Shown here in pieces: positions 29,618-40,255 of a DNA stretch of 64,000 nt. This DNA comes from an uncultured delta proteobacterium (GTDB taxonomy: Bacteria; Desulfobacterota; RBG-13-43-22), in contig CAVUPH010000042.1 of assembly GCA_963743305.1 (NCBI GenBank), forward strand, positions 64,001 through 128,000, written 5' to 3'. The notes beneath the pieces are model-generated. The model saw only the letters and a list, made by a program, of their open reading frames with translations. It had not been told where the DNA came from and did not search any database. Position 1 is the stretch's first letter. Every line of letters starts with the position of its first letter. A program made the translations under genes and the position numbers.

Positions 29618-30597
29618 CAGCTATTTCCTTCCTCACAGGGGTCGCTGTGATTGCCTAACAGTATTTTCATATGGTTTCGGATCAATTCGGGGAGCCGGTT
29701 CAAGGAGTACCCCCCTTCCAGGATCGAGATCACCCTCCCCCGGGCGTACTGATCCGCCAGCCGCTTGATGCGCTCCATGATCCAGGAAAAGCCGGCGGTG
29801 GAAAGATTGATATTGGACATGTCGTCGTCCGCATGGGCGTCGAATCCGGAGGAGAGTAAGATCACCTCGGGTTGGAAACGCTCGAAGGCCGGGATCAAGT
29901 CTCTTTCGATGGCGGTCCGGTATTCCTCGTCCCCGTGCCCGGGCAGCACCGGTGAATTAAGGGTGTAACCATACCCGGCCTCTATCCCCTTCTCGAATTC
30001 CCGGCCGGTGCCGGGGTAGGAAAAGGTCGGGTGCTCATGAATCGAATAATAAAAGACCGTGGGGTCCCGTTCGAAAATATGCTGGGTCCCGTTGCCGTGG
30101 TGGACGTCGAAGTCAACGATTCCGATGCGCCGGATGCCCCATTCCAACTGCAGGTAGCGGGCGGCAATGGCCACGTTGTTGAAAAAACAAAAACCCAGGG
30201 CCCGGTCCACCTCGGCGTGATGTCCGGGAGGCCGGACGGCGCAGAAGGCATTGTCCAGCTTTCGCTCCATGACCTGCCGGGTGACTTCCAGGATTCCCCC
30301 CACGGCCAGCAGGGCGGTTTCAAAGGTCTCCTCGCAGATTTGGTTATCGGGGTGATCCAGCTCGCTCTTACCCATGAGGCAGGCCTCTTCAAAACGCCGG
30401 ATATGTCCGACGCTGTGAACGGCTGCGATCCAGCGCTCTTCCACCGGGCAAGCCGGGATGATCGTCAGTTGGTCGAGGAGGGCATCCTGTTGCAGTCCTC
30501 GGTGAATGGCCGTCAGTCGCTCCGGGACCTCCGGGTGATAAGGCCCGGTCTGGTGGCGGAGAAAACGTTCATCAAAAAGAAGACCCGTCTTGTTCAT
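29617..30597 (-). CDS. Zn-dependent histone deacetylase family protein (AcuC/AphA superfamily)
   Basis: HPEVPERL, RPPGHHA, GFCFFNNVA, DFDVHHGNGTQ, SGFDAH, LEGGY. Confidence 0.95.
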   Translation of the reverse strand: MNKTGLLFDERFLRHQTGPYHPEVPERLTAIHRGLQQDALLDQLTIIPACPVEERWIAAVHSVGHIRRFEEACLMGKSELDHPDNQICEETFETALLAVGGILEVTRQVMERKLDNAFCAVRPPGHHAEVDRALGFCFFNNVAIAARYLQLEWGIRRIGIVDFDVHHGNGTQHIFERDPTVFYYSIHEHPTFSYPGTGREFEKGIEAGYGYTLNSPVLPGHGDEEYRTAIERDLIPAFERFQPEVILLSSGFDAHADDDMSNINLSTAGFSWIMERIKRLADQYARGRVISILEGGYSLNRLPELIRNHMKILLGNHSDPCEEGNS

Positions 30598-30916
30598 AAT
30601 CCGGAATTATTATTTTCCGTTGTCTTTTTGTCAACAGCTTTATGCTTCGACCTTGATCTGAGCCGACGTCATTAATAAATTGACTAACCCGGAGGACTTC
30701 GCTAAAGATCAATAACTATAATAATCAAGGATTTTTGGATGAACTTCGAAAGGGGTCTCAAAAATTCTACCTGGATCGAATTCACCCCTGGCCTCCGCCC
30801 CACTTGTGCTTGGGAGTTTTGACCCTCAATAGTCCAAGAGCACCATGAAACCGTGGAAATTTGCTTTCCTCAGAAAAACGGCCCTGCCGATTCGGCTTCA
30901 AAAAGATAGACCGGCG

Positions 30917-32748
30917 ATGAAAAACTCAAAGGAGGAGTCCCCGTTCCCTCAAGGGTCATCCCGGGAAAAGGTTTCTCGAGAATTCATCGTCTTGACGGTA
31001 CTCCTGCTCTATGCGCTGGTCGTCACCTATCCGCTGATTGTTCATTTATTGGATCGCCTTCCGGGGTGGCCCGGAGACAATCTGTATTTTCAATGGGAAC
31101 TGTGGTGGTTTAAGCGGGCGATTCTCGACCTTAAGATCAACCCTCTCCATAGCCCGGACCTCTATTATCCCGCGGGGCTGGATCTTTCCCGGGATGAAGT
31201 GACGCCGTCCAATACCCTCCTGGGGCTTCCCCTGACGGCCCTCTGGGGCCCGACCGCGGCCTATAATCTCCTGGTCCTGGCTTCATTTGTGCTCACCGGA
31301 TACGGTATCTACCGAATCGTTTTCGAGGGAACCGGAAATCGCTGGGCCGGATTGCTGGCCGGAGTCGCCGCTTCCATCGCCCCTTACCGGATGACCCATT
31401 TGGCCGGGCATCTGAATTTGATGGCTACCCAATGGATCGTGCTGACCCTGCTGTTTTTGGGGCGGTGGTTCAAAGACCAACGCCCCGGCACCATGGTCCT
31501 GGCCGGTCTGTTTTTCGCCCTCAACGGCCTGGCCGCCTGGTATTACTTTTATATCGGGACCGTAACCGTCGGCTTCTACCTGCTGCTGAGGTCCTGGCCT
31601 TTTGGAGCCTTCTGGAGGCAGCGTCGGGCCTGGTCGGGCTTGCTGATTTTTGGGCTGGTTTCTCTGTTGCTGGTTTTGCCCTTTGCCCTGCCTATCTTCA
31701 GATTGAGAGATCAGGGCCTGCTGGAACGGTCGATTTCCGATCTGGAGGCCTATGGGGCCAGTCCCGCGAATTTTCTGCTCCCCAACCCCTGGCATCCGCT
31801 CTGGGGAAATTTAGTCTGGAAGGTTTTTCCTGCTCAGTGGGGGGCGGTGGTGGAGCAAAACCTGACCCTGGGCCTGTCGGTTATGCTCTTGGCCGCTCTG
31901 GGAACAGTGGCTTATTTTCGGAATCGGGAAGTCCGGTTATGGCTTTGGCTGGCGGTGATCAGCGCGATTTTAGCCATGGGCCCGACGCTCAAGTGGAACA
32001 ACCACCGTTGGGCATTCCATCTCCCGGCCCTGGCGGTTCAATGGGCCGAACAGACGGGTTTCACCTCTTTCCTGGATCGTTGGGTGGACCCCCAGTACGG
32101 TGAGGCCATCCGCGCCGGAAAGGGGTTCGTCCCTCTGCCCCTGATGCTCTTTTATGTCTGGTCCCGCTCACCTCGGCCATGCGGGCTTTGGTGCGTTTTG
32201 GCTGGATCACCTTTCTCTCGGTGAGCGTCCTGGCCGGATACGGGATTCATTGGTTCCTCTCGAAAATAACCGGTCGTCGGGTCTTGGTTTGGGGGTCCCT
32301 GGCCGTGGGCTTCCTCCTGATCCCCTTGGAACTCTGGACCCAAATTGCGCATTGGACCTCTACCCAACCCCGGCCGGTCGACCGCTGGCTGGCCGCACAG
32401 CCCTGGCCGTCGCCCGTGATCGAGTATCCTTTCCTGGATAATATTTCCTCCCGGCTCATGCTGGCTCAAACCGTTCACCAGCAGCCTCTGATCATGGGAG
32501 GGTTACCGCCTTCTTTTCATCCGCGGGAGTTATACCAAAGGAGCGAAAAGCTGAGATCTTTTCCCTCCCCGGCCGGAATCGAGGCCCTGCAGGGTTGGCG
32601 GACCCGCTATATTCTGGCCACTCCTTCCCACTTTCCCGGCGATCCGTCCTGGCGGGAATTCAGGAATAAACTGACCCGATTCCCGGAGGTCCGACTGGTA
32701 AAGGAAATCAACGGCGTTTGGGTTTATGAATTGCAATTGAGCGATTGA
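30917..32748 (+). CDS. Polytopic membrane glycosyltransferase (GT-C-like), frameshifted near 32160
   Basis: GDNLYFQWELWW, AYNLLVL, many TM helices, R..VRF motif in the second ORF. Confidence 0.7.
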
Positions 32749-32774
32749 ATGAATGGTGCGGATGGCAACCGCCC

Positions 32775-33611
32775 CTACCATTTTTGATCCAGTTCCCCTA
32801 AAGGGGAAGGGTCTTCCGATTTTCTCAGGGGAGGCTCGGCCTGCAGCGGCGCAGGGACATCGCTGGTCTCAGGAAGAGGGGGCCCTTCATTTTTCATCTC
32901 CGGCACCATGACCTCCTCAAAGGCCGGGATGACGATGCCCCTACGGACCATGATGTTATAAAAGATCCGGGAGCGATGGACCACGTATTTGGATTGGCTC
33001 CGCGGGTTGTATTTTCGAGGGTTGGGGAGGACGGCGGCCAGGCGGGCCGATTCTTCCGGACCTAAGGCCGAGGCCGATTTTCCATAGTAATTTCGGGCCG
33101 CCGCTTCAATGCCGAAGATTCCCTCTCCCCATTCCACCACGTTTAAGTAAAGTTCCATGATCCGCTTTTTAGGGAGCGCTCTTTCCAGTCGCCAGGTCAG
33201 GATGGCCTCCTTGAGTTTTCGGATGGGATTCTTTGCCGGGCTGAGAAATAGATTTTTGGCCAATTGTTGGCTGATGGTGCTGCCGCCGACCTTGAGCTTG
33301 CCCTCCTTAAGGTCCTTTTCCATGGCCTTCTGGATCGCTTCAAGATCAAAGCCCTCGTGCTGATAGAATTTATCGTCTTCGGCGATAAGCACGGCCTTGA
33401 TCAGGTAAGGCGAGATCCGCGACAGGGGAACCCACTGGCGTTTGATTTTTATATTTTTTCCTTCTCGCTGCCACTCTTTCTCCCGGTATTCCATAAAAGC
33501 GGTCTTGACGGGATTTTCCTTCTTTAGCTTCCCCACGTTCGGATAAAGGAAAAAGGAACCAAAATAAAGAAAGAGGGCCGCGAAAAACACCAGTGCAATC
33601 TTAGTAAGCAT
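32775..33611 (-). CDS. mtgA: Monofunctional peptidoglycan transglycosylase
   Basis: AEDDKFYQHEGFD, GGSTISQQLAKNLFL, RKLKEA, YLNVVEWG. Confidence 0.92.
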   Translation of the reverse strand: MLTKIALVFFAALFLYFGSFFLYPNVGKLKKENPVKTAFMEYREKEWQREGKNIKIKRQWVPLSRISPYLIKAVLIAEDDKFYQHEGFDLEAIQKAMEKDLKEGKLKVGGSTISQQLAKNLFLSPAKNPIRKLKEAILTWRLERALPKKRIMELYLNVVEWGEGIFGIEAAARNYYGKSASALGPEESARLAAVLPNPRKYNPRSQSKYVVHRSRIFYNIMVRRGIVIPAFEEVMVPEMKNEGPPLPETSDVPAPLQAEPPLRKSEDPSPLGELDQKW

Positions 33612-33702
33612 AGTTGAAGCACTTTTTCAAAGTTCTTTGCCCGTTCGGACAGGATGTTTGTTTTGAGTCGCCGCCGGATGTTCAACCTTCGACGTTCATT
33701 TC

Positions 33703-33921
33703 ATATGGAAATAGAAGGTTCGGTGGTCATTCCAGCTCCGGGCAAATCCCCCTAAATCCCCCTTTGCCCCCGCGTGCCGCGGGGCAGGCGCCGGGGGACT
33801 TGGACTCCCCCCTTGGAAAAAGGGGGGCAGGGGGGGATTTTCATGTTTCGCGGGTGCCCGCCTCGAGCATGGGGGTTTAATACGAAAATAGAACCCGGCG
33901 CCACTCGGGCAATCATCAATA
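33703..33921 (+). repeat. Dispersed palindromic repeat family B copy 1
   Basis: AAATCCCCCTAAATCCCCCTTTG...AAAGGGGG..GGGGGATTTTCA...TAATACGAAAATAGAACCCGGCGCCA; also at 40838-41055 and, inverted, at 59373-59545. Confidence 0.85.
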
Positions 33922-34135
33922 ATTAATAATTAACAATTGATTATTAATTATTAATATCATGAGGTTAAGTTGTTTCCGCGCCCCTATTATTTTCATGCTT
34001 CACGGGTACCCCACGAGGCGAAGCGCCTCTTTTATTAAGGGGTTGCCCCGCCTGCCGGATTAGGATAAATTGATATTCCTACCCTTTGACGCCTGTCAAG
34101 TCAAGAGGGTTCGATTACCTTGAGGGAGGATTTGA

Positions 34136-35860
34136 ATGGATGCCGAACAAAAACTATTGATGGATCTAACCGCAGAACCCATGATCGCCTATTTTACCAT
34201 GGAGATCGGGATCAACAGCAATATTCCCACTTACAGCGGCGGACTGGGGGTGCTGGCCGGGGATACGATCAAATCGGGGGCCGACCTGGAACTGCCGATG
34301 GTGGCGGTGACCCTGCTTACCCGGAAGGGATTTTTTCGCCAGGAATTGGATGAAAAAGGCCGGCAGATTGAACATCCCTATATTTGGGATCCGGCCACGT
34401 ATATGACTCGGCTGAGCCGGCAGGTTTCAGTGGAGATCGAGGGCCGGGCGGTGGCAGTCCAAGCCTGGCACTATGTGGTCAAAAGTTTAACCGGAGGTAA
34501 GGTTTCGGTTTTTTTCCTGGATACCGAAGTGGAGGGGAACGCCCCGGAAGACCGGGGAATCACGGCCTCGCTTTACGGCGGTGACCAGGCCTACCGGCTT
34601 AAACAGGAAATCGTCCTGGGTATCGGGGGCGCCCGCATGCTGAAGACTTTGGGTTTCGAAATCAAGAAATACCACCTCAACGAAGGGCACGCCAGCCTGC
34701 TGACCCTGGAGTTGCTGAATAGGTTTAAAAGGCCCATCGAGGACGTCTGGGACGAAAAACTGATCTGGGACGTCCACAGTGTAAAGGATCTCTGCGTCTT
34801 TACCACCCACACCCCGGTGGAGGCCGGTCATGATCGTTTTCCGTACGACCTGGTCGAGCGGGTCCTGGGGAGCCTCATCCCCCTGGATATCCTCAAGGGG
34901 CTGGCCGGGGCGGACGACCTGAATATGACGGTTTTGGCCCTGAACTTGACGGAATTCGTCAATGGGGTGGCTAAAAAGCATGGGGAAGTATCCCGGAATA
35001 TGTTCCCGGGATATAAAATCAATGCCATTACCAACGGGGTCCATTCCTATACCTGGACCTGCGACAGCTTTAAAAAACTATACGATAAATACCTGCCGGG
35101 CTGGGCCAATGAACCGGAGCTTTTCGTCCGGGTGGGCCGGATACCGGATATCGAAATCTGGGAGGCCCACCAAGCGGCCAAAGGTGTACTACTGGATTAC
35201 GTTTTTAAGCAGACCGGGGTGGAAATGGATTTGGATGTCCTGACCATCGGGTTCGCTCGACGGGCTACGGCCTACAAACGAGCCGACCTGGTGTTCAGCG
35301 ACCTGGAGCGGCTGGAAAAGATCGGCAGCGGGAAAATCCAGATCATCTACGCCGGCAAGGCCCATCCTCGGGACACACCGGGCAAAGTCCTGATCGAGAA
35401 TATTTTTGCTTATAAGGAGCGTTTGGCCGGAAAAATAAAGATGGTTTATTTGAGCAATTACGATATGGACATCGCCCTGAAGATGGTCTCCGGAGTAGAT
35501 GTTTGGCTGAATACTCCCCAACGGCCCCGGGAGGCCTCCGGCACCAGCGGCATGAAGGCCGCTCATAACGGGGTGATGAATTTCAGCGTCTTGGATGGCT
35601 GGTGGATCGAAGGCTATATCGAGGGGGACACCGGCTGGTCGATCGGCCCCAGTCCGGTGGAAACGAACCTGGTGGAGAACCACGACACCCGGGACTCCGA
35701 TGACTTGTACGCCAAGCTGGAAACGGAAATCATCCCTACCTATTACGACGCCCGGAGCATCTGGGTCTGGATGATGGGGAACACCATCGGTCAGAATGCC
35801 TACTATTTCAATACGCACCGGATGATGCGGCGCTACGTCACCGAAGCCTATATTCGCTGA
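34136..35860 (+). CDS. glgP: Alpha-glucan phosphorylase (short type)
   Basis: YSGGLGVLAGD, HLNEGH, FTTHTPV, ITNGVH, EASGTSGMKA. Confidence 0.93.
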   Translation: MDAEQKLLMDLTAEPMIAYFTMEIGINSNIPTYSGGLGVLAGDTIKSGADLELPMVAVTLLTRKGFFRQELDEKGRQIEHPYIWDPATYMTRLSRQVSVEIEGRAVAVQAWHYVVKSLTGGKVSVFFLDTEVEGNAPEDRGITASLYGGDQAYRLKQEIVLGIGGARMLKTLGFEIKKYHLNEGHASLLTLELLNRFKRPIEDVWDEKLIWDVHSVKDLCVFTTHTPVEAGHDRFPYDLVERVLGSLIPLDILKGLAGADDLNMTVLALNLTEFVNGVAKKHGEVSRNMFPGYKINAITNGVHSYTWTCDSFKKLYDKYLPGWANEPELFVRVGRIPDIEIWEAHQAAKGVLLDYVFKQTGVEMDLDVLTIGFARRATAYKRADLVFSDLERLEKIGSGKIQIIYAGKAHPRDTPGKVLIENIFAYKERLAGKIKMVYLSNYDMDIALKMVSGVDVWLNTPQRPREASGTSGMKAAHNGVMNFSVLDGWWIEGYIEGDTGWSIGPSPVETNLVENHDTRDSDDLYAKLETEIIPTYYDARSIWVWMMGNTIGQNAYYFNTHRMMRRYVTEAYIR

Positions 35861-35940
35861 GCGCGGAGCGCCGGGCGCATAGCATAAGGAGTGATGGAGC
35901 GCGGAACACGAAGCATTCGCTCCGCGCTCCGCGCTCCGCG
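35861..35940. repeat. Heptamer (GCGCGGA/TCCGCGC) inverted repeat tract between convergent genes
   Basis: GAGCGCGGAGCG ... CGCTCCGCGCTCCGCGCTCCGCG; could form a bidirectional hairpin. Confidence 0.6.
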
Positions 35941-35943
35941 ACC

Positions 35944-37203
35944 TTAGAAGCGCCAGGTCAAACCAAATTCATAGCTCATTTCGGTCAGGTTGGATTCCAG
36001 GCGAGCAGGCTGGCCGTTAAGGGCCGTGCCATCTTCGCTGATCGATTCCCCGAAACCGTAGGTGTAGCCCACATGGGCGGAAAAACGGTTGGAAAATTCG
36101 TACCCAATTCCGAGAGTGACATGGCTTTTGGTGATAGCCGGGAAGCCGATAATCCGGAAGGTTTCATAGTAATAGGCGGGCATGAATTTGCCCTGGACCT
36201 GGACCGGGTTGGTTCCCGCGAAACCGTTGTGGCTCTTGACCGGATTGTTGGCATAGTTGTAACCGGCCCGCAGCACCAGTTTATCCGTGGCCTTGTACTG
36301 GACTCCAAAGCCCAGAACCCACTGGTCTTCCCAGTCGAAATCCTTGTAACCGGCGGCGTTGGCCCAATTGATCCACTTGCCGTCCATTTCGACCAACAGC
36401 TTGCCCGGCAGGATATCGAAGGCCACACCCAGACCCGCCTGTTGCGGTGATTCCAGATCGAGATCATCCTTGGTGCCGTTTCCGTCGAAATCCGCGACTC
36501 GCTCGTGTTTCACCTTCTGGGGGGTGACATAGGTGGCGCCCAGGGAGAGTCGATCCATCGGCTTGTAAATCATGCCGAGTTGGGCCCCAAAAGCATAGCC
36601 GGCGGAGGTGCCGCTGCCCAAGTCCAGCATGGCGTAATCCATGTGAGCGGCCAGGCCGAAGGAAAATTGGCTGTTCGGCTCAAAGGCGATGGAGGGGGCG
36701 AACTTCATGATCGACAACTGGGTGTAGCCGCCGGCGACCAGGGGAAACCCGCCAAAATTGGCATACTGGGGCTGATCCAGGCTGGTATTGCGATAATCCA
36801 CCCCCAGCCCGGAGACGCCGTAGGCCGCTAAGCCGAAACGCCAGAGGGGCAGGGTCTTGGTAATCGGGGTGGACAGGCCGATGGCCGGGATGGCATAGAC
36901 ATTTTCCTTGCTGTCCGCTTTGATCGTATTGCCCCCCAGCGTCACCTTGGCGTCCACCTTGGGGGTGAAGAGGGTCCCGGCAAAATTGAATTCCGACCCC
37001 GGGCAGTAGGGCCCGAAGCACATGGCGGCCGGGTTGGAAAACACGGCGCTGATGGCGTCCTGGGGAGCGGCGATGCCCACGCCGCCCATGGCCCGGGAGG
37101 CCGGTCCGATGCCGATTAAATTGTCCCCGTTGGTGGCCAAGGCCAGGGAAGCCCAGAGGACCACCAGTCCCACCAGAACACCCATTTTCAAGATCTTTTT
37201 CAT
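35944..37203 (-). CDS. OmpP1/FadL/TodX-family outer membrane channel
   Basis: Signal peptide, SRAMGG..., NPA motif, LRAGYNY, C-terminal aromatic WRF. Confidence 0.9.
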   Translation of the reverse strand: MKKILKMGVLVGLVVLWASLALATNGDNLIGIGPASRAMGGVGIAAPQDAISAVFSNPAAMCFGPYCPGSEFNFAGTLFTPKVDAKVTLGGNTIKADSKENVYAIPAIGLSTPITKTLPLWRFGLAAYGVSGLGVDYRNTSLDQPQYANFGGFPLVAGGYTQLSIMKFAPSIAFEPNSQFSFGLAAHMDYAMLDLGSGTSAGYAFGAQLGMIYKPMDRLSLGATYVTPQKVKHERVADFDGNGTKDDLDLESPQQAGLGVAFDILPGKLLVEMDGKWINWANAAGYKDFDWEDQWVLGFGVQYKATDKLVLRAGYNYANNPVKSHNGFAGTNPVQVQGKFMPAYYYETFRIIGFPAITKSHVTLGIGYEFSNRFSAHVGYTYGFGESISEDGTALNGQPARLESNLTEMSYEFGLTWRF

Positions 37204-37267
37204 GCCTTCATCTCCTTTCTTCCTTTCGATTTTGAATGATTAAAAAAGGTATATGTAGACTCCTCCC

Positions 37268-38522
37268 CTAGTGAATCAAGGCGTCGGCCACCAGGGAGGA
37301 GAGAAATTGAACTTCCACACCCATCTGATAATGGTCGTTTAAATCGCTGAGCTGGGTGTGGCAGTTTTCGCAGGCCGTGGCCAGAATTTTGGCCCCCGTT
37401 TTTTTGACCTGGTCCACCTTGACCGTCACCGATTTCATGCGAAAGTCGAGCGTCTCCTCCCCCAGGGCCACCAGACCGCCGCCGCCGCCGCAGCACCAGT
37501 TGTAGCGTACATCCGCGGTCATATCGATAAACCGGCTGGTCAACCGGTTAAGGATATACCGCGGTTCATCGATGATTCCGGCGTTGCGGGCCATCTGGCA
37601 AGGGTCGTGATAGGTGATCGGGACCTGGAATTTGTCTTTTTCTACCCGGATCCGGCCCTCCCGGAGGTAACGGGCGTGGACTTCGGTAATGGAACTGACT
37701 TTGAAAGGCTGTTTCCCGGAAAGCTGCTTCATCACCCGGAAGGCGGTGCCGCATTCGCAGATGCAGACCTCCTTCACTTTCAGCCTTTTGGCTTCATTCA
37801 GGATTCGATCCAAGATCAGCTTCGTCTTGGTGGGGTCACCGACAAAGGCCCCAAAGTTGACCGCTTCAAAAAAACTCAAGGTCCAGTTTTCCTTGGCGGC
37901 GTTGAAGATGGCGGCCGCCGGGATAATCGAATGGGCTCCGGCCAGGGCCACGTAGAGCAGATCGGCCCCCTCCACATCCACAGGAATGGGCGTTTGCCCG
38001 GCTTCCCCCCGCCATTTTTCAACGACCTGGGCCTCCAGGTTTTTGATTCCGGTCAAGAAATCCCTCTTTGAAGAACTCCAGGGACTTTCCTTTTTCAATG
38101 GAGGTGTCGGCCAGCATGGAAAGGATCTCCGGCTCGGTACCGGATCCGACCAGGAGCAGTTTGGCGATCGACATCAGCATCTGGGTATCGATGCCATGGG
38201 GGCAGTAGACCATGCAGCGCCGGCAGCCGGTGCAGGAGTAGGCGGCTTCCGATAACTCCTGGAGGGCCATTTCGGTCAATTCCTTGCTTTCCCCCCAGGC
38301 GGGAAAGGCTTTCCCCTGGCCCTTAAAATATTTCTTATAAATCCGCCGGACGATCTCGTGGCGGTAGGCTGAAATATAGCGGACCTGCCCCATGGACTGG
38401 TAGGCATGGCAGGCCTCGGTGCAGGTCCCGCACCGCGAGCAGGTCTCCAGGTAAAAGCGCATGGCTTCATTGAGTTTGGATTGAAAGAGTTTCAGTAAAT
38501 CGTCGCGTGTTTTTTCATCCAT
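37268..38522 (-). CDS. DsrK/HdrD-like (Fe-S)-binding CCG-domain oxidoreductase, frameshifted near 38060
   Basis: CSRCGTCTEAC and CTGCRRCMVYCP 4Fe-4S motifs; ECG, YHDPC, CCGGGGG, ACENC. Confidence 0.88.
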
Positions 38523-38524
38523 GG

Positions 38525-39241
38525 CTATCCCCTCCTCAATTTATTCATGGGAATAGTTAAAAAAGAATGCATGATCTTGCTATAAGGAAAGAGCATAATG
38601 AACAGGTTAGCAAAGAAGATATGCAGGACCAACATGAAGGAGTGTCCGGTCTGGTAGGCGGCATCCGGGACTTGGGGGCGCAGGAACAACAGGCTGGTGA
38701 AATAGGTCTTATAATCGCCGGGCCCCATTTCGCCGTAACCATACCAGCGGCGGGCCCAGTCCATCTGGGCGCCGAAGAGCACGGTCAGAAACAGCAGAAT
38801 CAGCAGATAATAGTCTTCCGGAATGGAAAGGTCCCTGACCGGCGAGGCGAAACGCCGAAAGAGAAAGAAGAGCAGGGCGAGCGATAAAACCAGTCCGACG
38901 AAGCCTTTCCCCAGAAAAATCTCGTGGGGGATGAACTGGAAGACATTGAAGCCCTCGAACATTTCCAGATGGCCGATGATCAACAGCAGCAGGGCGAGGT
39001 GGAAGGACATCAGAAAGACCCAGTGCAACGGTTTATGCCGCCGGACCGAGGGCATGAAGAAAGAATCCGCCAGGGCCCAAAACCAGGGGGGATTTTTTTG
39101 CGGATAGATCTGCAGGGTGCTGGCCGGATTCTTCGGACTGCCGATGATCTTGGCCAACTTGGTTATTGTCCCCACGATAAAGACCAGGAACGCCAGGTAG
39201 ACCATGGGTACCAGGATCAGGTAATAAATCGTTTTCATCAT
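38525..39241 (-). CDS. NarI/DsrM/HdrE-like membrane cytochrome b
   Basis: 5 TM helices, His pairs FHLA..IGH and LHIF...SKIMH. Confidence 0.88.
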   Translation of the reverse strand: MMKTIYYLILVPMVYLAFLVFIVGTITKLAKIIGSPKNPASTLQIYPQKNPPWFWALADSFFMPSVRRHKPLHWVFLMSFHLALLLLIIGHLEMFEGFNVFQFIPHEIFLGKGFVGLVLSLALLFFLFRRFASPVRDLSIPEDYYLLILLFLTVLFGAQMDWARRWYGYGEMGPGDYKTYFTSLLFLRPQVPDAAYQTGHSFMLVLHIFFANLFIMLFPYSKIMHSFLTIPMNKLRRG

Positions 39242-39365
39242 TTCCTCCTATTGGATAAAAAGAAGGATCCTCTTTCCCTCAAAAGGATTTTTCGCGTTGC
39301 CCCTCTGCCGGAGAAGGGCCCCGCCCCCGGATTCCGGGGACGGGGGTTGGGGAAGTTGAGGAGGT

Positions 39366-39608
39366 TTACTTAAGGCGTTTGATGTAAATTTTTATGACCC
39401 CGTCGCCTTGGTCGGTTTTTAAAATTTCGTTGCCGCTGGTTCGGGCCCAGGCCGGAAAATCCGCGAGCGCCCCGGGGTCCGTGGTCAGGGCTTCGATCAC
39501 CTGGCCTACCTGAATCTCTTTGATGCCCTTGCTGACCTTAACCACCGGCATGGGGCAGGGAAGTCCTTTCAAGTCCATCACTTTGTCAACGTTGAATGTT
39601 TCAGCCAT
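39366..39608 (-). CDS. tusA: TusA-family sulfur carrier
   Basis: DLKGLPCPMP, TTDPG, DFPAWA. Confidence 0.9.
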   Translation of the reverse strand: MAETFNVDKVMDLKGLPCPMPVVKVSKGIKEIQVGQVIEALTTDPGALADFPAWARTSGNEILKTDQGDGVIKIYIKRLK

Positions 39609-39629
39609 TTTTTTTCTCCTTCTTAAATG

Positions 39630-40181
39630 TTAAAGAAATAAGGTAACTTTGCTGTTGATGGCATGTTCCAGAAAGGTGGCCACCCCGACGTATTCCACCC
39701 CGGGGTAATCGATCATTTCTTCATGCTTGAAACCCATGAGGTCCATGGACATTTCGCAGATGAATATCTTGACTTCCAGTTCGGCGGCCATTTTGATAAA
39801 CTCTTCCAGAGAGGCCACGTTTTTCTTTTTCATGAGCGATTTCATCATGGCGGTACCCATCCCGCCCATGTTCATCTTGGATAGCTTTACTTTCCCGGCT
39901 CCCTTAGGGAGCATGGAGCCGAACATCGTACCCATCAAGTCCTTGCCGCCCACATTCTTGTTCTTATCCCGCAGGATCGGCGTGCCCCAAAAGGTAAAAA
40001 ACATAATTACTTCCAGACCCATAGCCACGGCCCCGGTAGCGATAATAAAAGCGGCCAGGGCTTTGTCCAGATCCCCGCTGAAAACGATCATGGAGAGTTT
40101 TTCCTCCGGTTTGGAGCCGGCCAGGCCGTCCACTTGGGCTTTTAATTCGGCCAGTTGTTTTTCAATGGCTTCCATTTCCAT
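39630..40181 (-). CDS. DsrE2-type (DsrE/DsrF/DrsH-like) sulfur relay protein
   Basis: FSGDLDKALA, MFFTFWG, ICEMSMDLMG, GVATFL. Confidence 0.9.
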   Translation of the reverse strand: MEMEAIEKQLAELKAQVDGLAGSKPEEKLSMIVFSGDLDKALAAFIIATGAVAMGLEVIMFFTFWGTPILRDKNKNVGGKDLMGTMFGSMLPKGAGKVKLSKMNMGGMGTAMMKSLMKKKNVASLEEFIKMAAELEVKIFICEMSMDLMGFKHEEMIDYPGVEYVGVATFLEHAINSKVTLFL

Positions 40182-40255
40182 AACATCCCCCTTTCGGTGA
40201 ATTGGGTTAATTTACCTTGTTATCGTTAATAGGAGTAACAAAACAATCCAACCAG

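Noticed and set aside
37268-39241. Canonical dsrMK or respiratory nitrate reductase
   Set aside because: No dsrJOP, dsrC or narGH neighbours and the Fe-S subunit is shorter than typical DsrK, so no gene symbols were assigned
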